From Desulfarculia bacterium (GTDB lineage: Bacteria > Desulfobacterota > Desulfarculia > Adiutricales > JAGVGV01), in contig OY759590.1 of NCBI GenBank assembly GCA_963662445.1, positions 2,975,335 through 3,039,334 of the forward strand: DNA of 64,000 bases. Reading direction: 5' to 3'. The notes beneath the pieces were generated by a model. It saw only the letters and a program-made list of their open reading frames with translations. It ran no database searches and was not told the DNA's origin. The translations under genes were made by a program, and so were the position numbers. Positions 19,402 through 27,900 of the stretch are shown here, in pieces (within the stretch, counting starts at the first letter, position 1; every line of letters begins with the position of its first letter).

Positions 19402-21453
19402 ATGGCCATGGAAAAAAACTCGCTCCCGGACCTTAAGAAGCTCATTCAGGTTCTGAACCGTAATATTGCGGCTTTTCAGAGGAACAACGTCGCAAGGTTT
19501 CAGGCCCTGCATTCCTATGGCTCCAGCGGGTTTCGCAAGGTTTTTCTTCTGGTCCCCGTCTTTATTCAGGTCAATCACCCCTCCATTCCGGGTTACCTCG
19601 AAGAGGACGGTTCACCGCGGGGCATCTACGGCTTTCGCGACTCGAAATTCCAGCAGATTTCTCAGGAGATGTGGCCGGGACCACGAAATGAATGGGACAA
19701 GGCCATCACTTCGCTCCGGCCGGTCGTTGAATCGCTCATTCTGATGGGCAGCTCCGGTTCCGTCGGACACACGTCAGCCTCGGACCTCGATTACTGGGTC
19801 TGCGTGGATACAATGAAAATCAGGGCGGAAACCCTGGACCTGCTGCGGAAGAAGCTAAATTTGATCTCCGAATGGGCTGCCCGGACCCATTCCACGGAAG
19901 TTAATTTTTACCTGATCAACACCGAGGATGTCGCCGCCAACCGGTTGCGGCCCCAGGGGGAGGAGGCGGAAGGGGAAGTCGCGCCGTTGCTGCTGAAAGA
20001 GGAACTCTACCGGACCATTCTTCTGGTGGCCGGCCGGGCGCCTCTCTGGTGGGCCTTGCCCGCCGGCACCAGTTTTCGTCAATACAACATGATTCTCGAC
20101 AACATGTCTGAGTTTGAGCCGCACGGCTTCTATTCTGCTGATTACATTGACCTGGGTTTTCCCCTCCGCCCCGATCCTCAGGAATTCATGGCCGCCGCCT
20201 TGTGGTTGTCCCAGAAGTCGGAAGCAGATCCCTTCAAGGGTGTCTTGAAGATGATTATTCTCCTTGAGCAGGTGGAATCGAAACTTCAGGCCCCTTTATT
20301 GTGCGATCTGGTCAAAGCGGCTGTCCTGACCGCCGGGGATGCGGAACTGCCGGTTGATCCTTACGCCATAACCATCGGCCGGGTGCTGGATTTCAGCCTG
20401 AGAAAGCTGACCGAGCCTGAGTTGGAACTGGTCCGCATTTCAGCCTATTATAAGGTTCGCGGTCCCCTGGACCGGGACAAGGAAACCGAAGATACCCCCA
20501 AAGAAAGACTGTTGCGGGAACTGGTCGAGAAGTGGGGATGGGACCGCCATAAGACCGACGACTATAACAGTTATTCATCCTGGCCGGACAGGCGCAAGCT
20601 TGGATTGGGACAGGATGTCAAAAATCTGCTCTTCACTGTCTATAAGCGTGTGGCCCAGAAGCTCATGGAGGATTACCCCGATCAGGTCACCACGGAAGAC
20701 CAGAGTCTCAACCAGTTGACGGCCAAAATTCTGTCCCGATACTCTGGTCATCAGGCCAAGGTGGAAGACCTGCCTTCTTCTATCCATCGCAAAACCCTGC
20801 CCCATTTCATGACCCTTGTCTATTACCGCAGCCGCTGGGGGCTTTATGGAGGGCGTCTGGAGGCTTGGCAGGCCGGAACGGAGGAGTTCGACGGCCGGTT
20901 GATCTACGAGTGTTCCCGGGCGGCCAGAGCGGCGGCTTGGCTGGTTCATAACCGGCTGGTCAACTCCAACCTCAAGCTGACGTTGCGTCCCCGGCCTGGC
21001 CCGGTAGGCCTGGAAACCATCATAGAACTTCTGAAAAAGCTGGTCGAACTTTTCCCCACCCTGCCCCATGGTTCGCTCAGTGAAAAAAGCCATTGGACTA
21101 CGGGCGGCAAGGGGCCCCGCTTGCTTGTCTTAAACCTGGAAGAGCCTTGGCATGAAACGAAAATGAAGTCCGTCGATCTCATATACCGGACCGCCTGGGG
21201 CGAAATGAGGCATTCGGCCCTCAAGCTGGATTCGCCGGTCAGCGAAGCGGAAAAAGCTATTGCCACGGCCGAGAAGCTGCTGGAGACCGGCGAAATGCGG
21301 ATTGAGGATGTGCATTATTTTGCGCCGCCCGAAGCAGCGGGAAAGAGGATGCGCAACAATCTTCAGGCCGCCGTGGTGCAGACTCTGGGAGGTCTAAGAC
21401 GTCGGCGCGAAGGACCGGGTGCGGAAAGAAAAATGCGGTTGGACACAGACTGA
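19402..21453 (+). CDS. cyaA: Class I (CyaA-type) adenylate cyclase
   Basis: Motifs align with E. coli CyaA as I recall it. [19 protein letters not shown] matches [38 protein letters not shown] matches [40 protein letters not shown] matches [44 protein letters not shown] matches [25 protein letters not shown]. I chose ATG 19402 rather than the upstream TTG 19276. Confidence 0.85.
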   Translation: [683 protein letters not shown]

Positions 21454-21497
21454 TTCATCGTGGTATTATTGCTAACCAATAAAAACTACTGGAGAAA

Positions 21498-22529
21498 ATG
21501 TTGTCACCTGAACAGCAGTTGACGTTTCTGATCGCTGACAACGATCTGCAACGTCTTGATAATGTAACCACATTGATTCACGAAATGGGTTACCAGACCG
21601 TTTTGCAGGCGGAAGACGGCCCGGAAGCCTGGGCCATGATAAAGAATTTTACGGTGGACATCATCGTTTCCAACTGGAAGCTGCCTGAAATAGACGGACT
21701 GGCCCTGCTCAAACTCATCCGTTCCAACGATGATTTCGCCGAAACACCATTTGTCATGGTGGCGGCCGAAGTCACCGCCAAGACCGTTTCCCAGGCCGGG
21801 CGGACCGGTGTGACCGATATCGTGGTCTTTCCCTTTACCGAAGAAACCTTGAAAAGCCGGGTCAGACTGGTGGTGGAGGTTGAGCAGAATCCCCAGCATC
21901 AGGAAGCCGAGCGAAAATACAAACAGGGCGTGGACCTGATGAAGGCCGGGCACTACAATGAAGCGCTCAAGTCTTTTGAAGGCATTCTTTCGGTGCACGA
22001 GCCTGCTGAAGTCTATTACAACATGGGTTATATATTGTCGGCCAAGGAAAACTATGAAGAGGCTTTGCAGTGTTTCCGGCGGGCTACCGTTATAAAGAAT
22101 GATTTCGCCCGGGCCTACAAGCAGATGGCCGAAGCCCTGATGAAGCTGGGGCGCAAGCAGGAAGCCGAGGAATGTTTTGAAGAGGCGGCCGATATCTACA
22201 TGGAAAGGAAGCAGGATCAGGAAGCCGAAGATATTTTTGAAGCGGTCACCAAGCTCAAACCAGACACCATAAACGTTTTCAACAGCCTGGGGATAATATA
22301 CCGCCGTCAGGGGAGGCTGAAAGAGGCTCTTGAGCAGTATGTCAAGGCCTTGAAAGTCCATCCCCGGGATGAAAATATCTTTTACAATCTCGGCCGGGTC
22401 CATGCCGAACTCAAGGAATTCGGACCGGCCAGGGAGGCCCTTATGCAGGCCCTGAAGCTTAAGCCGGACTTTTCCGCCGCCCGTGAAATGCTTCGTGCCG
22501 TGGACATGGGGTTGAGTCTGCATTCCTGA
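21498..22529 (+). CDS. Degenerate response-regulator receiver domain fused to TPR repeats
   Basis: CheY-like fold (FLIADND...VDIIVSNWKLPEIDGLALLKLIR...PFVMVAAE...IVVFPF), but the phospho-acceptor and partner residues are substituted (see findings). The C-terminal ~200 aa are TPR-like (YYNMGYILSAKENYEEALQCFRRA..., FNSLGIIYRRQGRLKEALEQYVKALKV...). Confidence 0.8.
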   Translation: MLSPEQQLTFLIADNDLQRLDNVTTLIHEMGYQTVLQAEDGPEAWAMIKNFTVDIIVSNWKLPEIDGLALLKLIRSNDDFAETPFVMVAAEVTAKTVSQAGRTGVTDIVVFPFTEETLKSRVRLVVEVEQNPQHQEAERKYKQGVDLMKAGHYNEALKSFEGILSVHEPAEVYYNMGYILSAKENYEEALQCFRRATVIKNDFARAYKQMAEALMKLGRKQEAEECFEEAADIYMERKQDQEAEDIFEAVTKLKPDTINVFNSLGIIYRRQGRLKEALEQYVKALKVHPRDENIFYNLGRVHAELKEFGPAREALMQALKLKPDFSAAREMLRAVDMGLSLHS

Positions 22530-22734
22530 AAATGTAAAATTTCGTCCGTGTTGTCAGGTGCTGAGCCTATGCGACGATTTCTCTCTCCTGGCCGGACTAT
22601 TGTTGCACCGCACCAGCCTTGACACTTCCCCTCTGTTTGTTAACATATATTAAATAAACATTCCTTTAAATCGTCATGCGGGGATAGCTCCTGTTTTCCA
22701 TGGTTGCTGACAACGAAAGTGATAGTATCGGATA

Positions 22735-23376
22735 ATGATCGAAACCGCTGTTTTTGAACCGGGTCTGCGCGTCAGCGTCGTGGCCATGTCAGCGATCAAG
22801 GCCAAGTTTGTCTCCTATTTGATCGGATACAAACCTGATGAATACGTAATACTGGAGCACCCGTTGACCGGCGGCGTGCCCATCCGTCTGGAAGAAGGGA
22901 CGTTCTGGGCTGTCAACTTCGTCAGCAGAGGTTCCATCTTCAGTTTTCAGGCCCAGGTGCTCTACACCATACGCTATCCTATCCGGCTGGTTTTTGTCGG
23001 CTATCCTGCTTCTCTGGACCGTACCGGCCTCCGTCAGAACGACCGCTACCCCGTGCGCATCAAAGCCGATTTTTGCCGGGAAAAGAACCAGGATGGACCC
23101 GAAAAAAAGATACTGCCGGGGGTCATATGCGATATCTCCACAGGGGGGTGCCTTTTGGAGACTCCTGAGCTCTCTCCCATAGGCACGCTGATCCGTTTGA
23201 ATATGACCTTGCCGGAGCAGGGTGTGGTCGAGAACCTGGCCTCCGAGGTTAAGACCAATTTGACCAGGGACGACAAGAGGTTCATGGGGCTCAGATTCAC
23301 TGATCCGGCGGGGGAAGGATACAAGAAGCTCATGGCCTTTGTGAACTCACTGGGGGCTTTGCCCATCCGAATCTGA
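22735..23376 (+). CDS. PilZ domain protein (YcgR-like two-domain architecture)
   Basis: RxxxR (RQNDR) followed by DxSxxG (DISTGG) gives the canonical c-di-GMP-binding PilZ motifs. The N-terminal ~100 aa are YcgR-N-like. Confidence 0.8.
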   Translation: MIETAVFEPGLRVSVVAMSAIKAKFVSYLIGYKPDEYVILEHPLTGGVPIRLEEGTFWAVNFVSRGSIFSFQAQVLYTIRYPIRLVFVGYPASLDRTGLRQNDRYPVRIKADFCREKNQDGPEKKILPGVICDISTGGCLLETPELSPIGTLIRLNMTLPEQGVVENLASEVKTNLTRDDKRFMGLRFTDPAGEGYKKLMAFVNSLGALPIRI

Positions 23377-23478
23377 CGCCGGTGCCGGATTGAGTTTGGA
23401 ATATTTTGTCTGAGGGCCGAGGGGTGGCCCATGTTTCAGCCTTAAAACCATAAGTCTCAATAAAACGGACAGTTGCAA

Positions 23479-24990
23479 ATGACCGTAACTCTATTGGTTA
23501 TTCGGGGGCCATGGAAGGGAAAGCGGTTCGCCTTTGCCGAAAGAACCACCAGCATTGTGGGGCGGGGACCGGACTGCAACCTGGTCCTGCCGGACGACAA
23601 GGCTCATGAAACCGTCTCGCGGCATCACTGCCTTTTCGATATCAATCCTCCGGACATCAGAGTCCGCGATCTGGGCAGTCTTAACGGTACGTTCGTAAAC
23701 GGCTACAGAATAGGCAGGCGTGAAGATGGACAGGCTCCGGACGAGGGTGGAGCAGCCGTTTTTCCCGAATACGATCTGAGAGACGGCGATGAGGTGAGTA
23801 TCGGGGAGACCGTCTTTACCGTAAGAGCCGAAGCCATCCGGCAGTGCGCTACTTGCGGAGAGGAACTGTCTGCGGCCGGGACGCCGGAGGAAAGCATCTG
23901 CCCGGTCTGTGACAAAGAAGAAGAAAAAACACGGGTCATAGACACGCCGCCGGTTCTGGGCAGCAAGTGTGAGGCCTGCGGGCGGGCTCTCTCCGGACCG
24001 GCCTCATTGGCCGGGAGCGCCGACTTTCTTTGCTCCGAATGCCGGAAAGACGTGATCGCCATTATAAAAGCCCTGTTGGCCGGGGCTGGCAAGGGGATTC
24101 CCGAACTGAAACCTTTAAGGGCCTTGAAAGTAATCAAAAGCCTGGGGCGCGGTTCGGCCGGAGCGGCTTTTCTGGCTCAGGAGAAAAAGAGCGGCCGCTA
24201 CCTGGCCCTCAAAATACTCCTGCCCGAAGTGGCCGTCAATGAACGCGCCCAGCGCATGTTTCTCCGGGAGGTCGAGAATTCAAAGGTCCTCAGGCATCCG
24301 AACGTGGTGCAGCTCTACGAACACGGCAGCTACAAGGGTGTCTTCTTTTACACCATGGAATACTGCGACCGTGGCTGCGTGGCCAAGTTGAAGGAGAAAC
24401 GGGGCGGCAGGCTGGGCCTCCGGGAAGCTACCGAAGTCATACTGCAAGGCCTGGCCGGGCTGGATTACATTCATCAGGCCGAAATACCCACCGTGCAGTT
24501 GGCCGACGGCACTACCGGCACGAGCAAGGGCCTTGTTCACAGGGACCTGAAACCAGCCAATATTTTTCTGGCCGGCGAAGGTGAAAAGCTGGTGGCCAAG
24601 ATAGCCGATGTCGGAGTGGCCAAGGCCTTTGACACCGCCGGGTTGAGTGGACAGACCCGGACAGGTTCGGTAGGCGGAACCCCGGTTTTCATGCCCAGGC
24701 AGCAAGTCATCAATTTCAAATACGCCAAACCCGATGTCGATGTCTGGGCCATGGCCGCCACCTATTACAACCTTCTGACCGGTTATTACCCCCGGGACTT
24801 TTCTGCCGACAAGGATGTCTGGCTTACCGTGCTCCAAACCCAGCCTTTACCTGTGGCCCAAAGAGGGGTGCCGGTGCCCCCTAAGCTGGCCGAGGTATTG
24901 GACCTGGCGCTGGTGGACGATCCGGAAATAACTTTCAAGTCGGCGGGCGACTTGAGGAAAGCCATCATTACGGCCTTGAAGCAGCGTTGA
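23479..24990 (+). CDS. FHA domain - double zinc-ribbon - Ser/Thr protein kinase
   Basis: FHA: SIVGRGPDCNLVLPDDKAHETVSRHHCLF...LGSLNGTFVNG. Zinc ribbons: CATCG..CPVC and CEACG..CSEC. Kinase: LGRGSAGAAFLA, LALK, HRDLKPANIFL, ADVGVAK (DFG replaced by DVG). TTG 23473 is an alternative start. Confidence 0.85.
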   Translation: MTVTLLVIRGPWKGKRFAFAERTTSIVGRGPDCNLVLPDDKAHETVSRHHCLFDINPPDIRVRDLGSLNGTFVNGYRIGRREDGQAPDEGGAAVFPEYDLRDGDEVSIGETVFTVRAEAIRQCATCGEELSAAGTPEESICPVCDKEEEKTRVIDTPPVLGSKCEACGRALSGPASLAGSADFLCSECRKDVIAIIKALLAGAGKGIPELKPLRALKVIKSLGRGSAGAAFLAQEKKSGRYLALKILLPEVAVNERAQRMFLREVENSKVLRHPNVVQLYEHGSYKGVFFYTMEYCDRGCVAKLKEKRGGRLGLREATEVILQGLAGLDYIHQAEIPTVQLADGTTGTSKGLVHRDLKPANIFLAGEGEKLVAKIADVGVAKAFDTAGLSGQTRTGSVGGTPVFMPRQQVINFKYAKPDVDVWAMAATYYNLLTGYYPRDFSADKDVWLTVLQTQPLPVAQRGVPVPPKLAEVLDLALVDDPEITFKSAGDLRKAIITALKQR

Positions 24991-24997
24991 AGCGGGT

Positions 24998-27900
24998 ATG
25001 ATGACCAAAAGCACTATTGCATGTCCCAAGTGCGGAGCCAGATACAAAAATGTGCCGTTGGAGATGAACGGCCGGAAATACACATGCCGCAAGTGCGGGG
25101 CGGATTTTATCCTCAGGCTCAAGGAACAGGCCGCTGCGCCGCCGGAACCGCCTGGAGAACGTCCCCGCCCGGCCCCCCCTGCGGCCACGGTCCAGGCCTT
25201 TAATCGGCAGCCGGCGGCCACCGTTCCGGTTTTGCCTGAAGACCGGAAAACCCCGGCTGTCACGGTTCTGGCTGCGGACGCCTCCCAACCCGCCCCCTCC
25301 GTATCGGACGGAAAACTGGACTGGAACATAGGAGATATAGTTCTTGAACTCTATGAAGTGACCGGTCTGCTGGGTGAAGGCGGCATGGGCCGGGTCTATA
25401 AGGTGCGCCACCGCGACTGGGGAGTAGACCTGGCCGTCAAGGTGCCGAAACCCGACATACTGGCCGCTGTCGGAGGAGCCGAGAATTTCGAGCGTGAAGC
25501 CGAAACATGGGTCAACCTGGGGCTTCACCCCCATTCGGCCAGTTGCTACTACGTCCGGCGCATTGGCGGACTGCCCTGCGTTTTTGCCGAGTTTGTCTCG
25601 GGCGGCAGCCTGCATGACTGGATAGCCGGGCAGGGTGACGATCTTCCCCCCTTGTACCGGGGCGGTCCGCGGAAAGCTCTGACCCGCATTATGGATCTGG
25701 CTGTTCAGTTCGCCTGGGGGCTTAAATATGCCCACGAACAAGGACTGGTCCACCTAGATGTCAAACCCGCCAACGTCCTGATAAGCGCCGAAGGACTGGC
25801 CAAGGTTACGGACTTCGGCCTGGCCCGGGCCAAGGCGGGACCCGCCGGTGATGCAGGCGCGGACTCATCCGAAACCGAGGAGCAGGAAAAAAAGCAGCCC
25901 GCCGGAACCAGGGAGTATTTTTCCCCTGAACAGGCCGCCGGACGGACGTTGGACCTGCATTCCGACATGTGGAGCTGGGCTCTCTGTCTGCTGGAGATGT
26001 TCAAAGGCGGCCGGACCTGGGAATTCGGATCGGTCGGCGCGGCTGTGCTCAAGGAATACCTGGAAGCCGGTGTTTCCGCCTCCTGGCTGCCTCCCATGCC
26101 GCCGGAACTGGCCGAAATCCTGACCCGGTGCTTTCACGAGGAACCGCAACTGAGGCCCGCTGATATGGGCGAGGTCGCCGGAAGCCTGGTTGAGGCTTTC
26201 CGGCAGATTACCGGACAGGATTACAAGAGGTCTGAGCCCGTGTCCGGAGCAGCTACGGCCGACAGCCTCAACAATCAGGCGGTTTCCCTGCTCGACCTGG
26301 GACGCCTCGACGAAGCGGAAAAACTCTGGGACAGGGCCTTGGCCGCTCAGCCTCATCACCCTGAGTCTACATACAATCAGGGCCTTCAGTTTTGGCGCGA
26401 AGGCCGGATCAACGACGATGCCTTGATCGAGTCCATAATCGAATCGAGCCGCTCATTTCGAGGCCTGTGGACGTGCGATTATTACCGGGCTCTTATCCAT
26501 ATGGAAAGAGGGGACTGCCAGAGCGCGTTGGAGTTGTTGAGGTCTCTGCCTGATGAAGACGCCGCCCGTGAAGAAGTGGCCGCCTTACGGGGCAGGGCCG
26601 AAGCGGACATCGCGGTGAGCAACCGTCTGACCAGGATTATGAAAGGCCACGCCAGCAACGTGAACGGCGTGGCCGTGGCTCGGGACGGCTCATTGGCTGT
26701 CTCAGCCTCGGATGACAGGAACGTCGGAGTCTGGAATCTGGAAAGCGGGTCATTGACCGCGATGCTGACCGGCCACGGCGGGTCGGTTAATTCCGTGGCT
26801 ATGGACCAATCGTCCAGGCTGGTCCTTTCGGGCGGAGGCGATTTTGCTTCCCGAGACTATCTCTTGCGGCTTTGGGATTTGAAGGAGATGCGTCTTGTCC
26901 GCGAACTGAAAGGACACCAGAAGAAGGTCAACTCGGTCTGCTTGAGCCATGATGGACGGTTGGCGGCTTCCGGCGGCGACGACAGGACCGTGCGGTTCTG
27001 GGACACCTTGACCGGCGAGGAAATCGCTCAATGGACGGCCCACGAAGGGCCGGTCAGGGCCGTCTGTTTCAGCCGGGACGCCAGAAACCTTTTCTCCGGC
27101 GGGGCAGACCACAAAGTCAAGGTCTGGGATGTCGATTCACGCAATTGTCTGAGGACCCTGGAAGGCCATACCGGCCAGATCAATTCCCTGGCGGTCGGGC
27201 TGACCAAAAGATACGTGGTGTCGGCCGCTTCTGATCGGACTCTGCGCTTGTGGGACTTGGCCACGGGCCGGTGCGAAAGGGTCATGAGCGGACATCGGGC
27301 CGAAATAAACGCTGTCTCGGTGAGCGACGATCATTCTTTTGCCCTTTCCTGCGGTTCCGACCGGACATTGAAACTCTGGGAGCTGGCCTCCGGGCGTTGT
27401 CTCCGGACGTTCGAAGGACACGAATCCTGGGTGTTGAGCTCGGCCATAGCCGGCCAGGCTCCGCTGGCTGTTTCCGGCTCCGTGGACTCCTCCATGAGAA
27501 TATGGAAGGTGAATCCCGGAGAGCGGAATTTCACCGCGCCTATGGTTCTCTCAAGGGTTTCAACCAGCGAACTTATTGTTTCCGCTGGCGAAACCTACGA
27601 AATGCACCTGAACCAGGCCCAGGAGGCTCTGAAGCAAGGCCGGGCCTCCGTAGCCGCCGAGCACCTCAAGGAAGCCAGATCCCAGCCCGGATACGACCGG
27701 GGAACCGAGGCGGTCCGGATCTGGTCGGCTTTGTATCTCCATCTGCCGCGCAGTGGCTTTCGATCCGGTTGGGAGACCGGAACCATGGCCGGCCACGGTC
27801 TGGACGTAACCGTTTTGGCTGTGACTCCCAACGGGCGGCATGTGGTTTCAGGTTCGGCGGACAAGACCCTGAAGATCTGGGGCGCGGCCGACGGTTCCGG

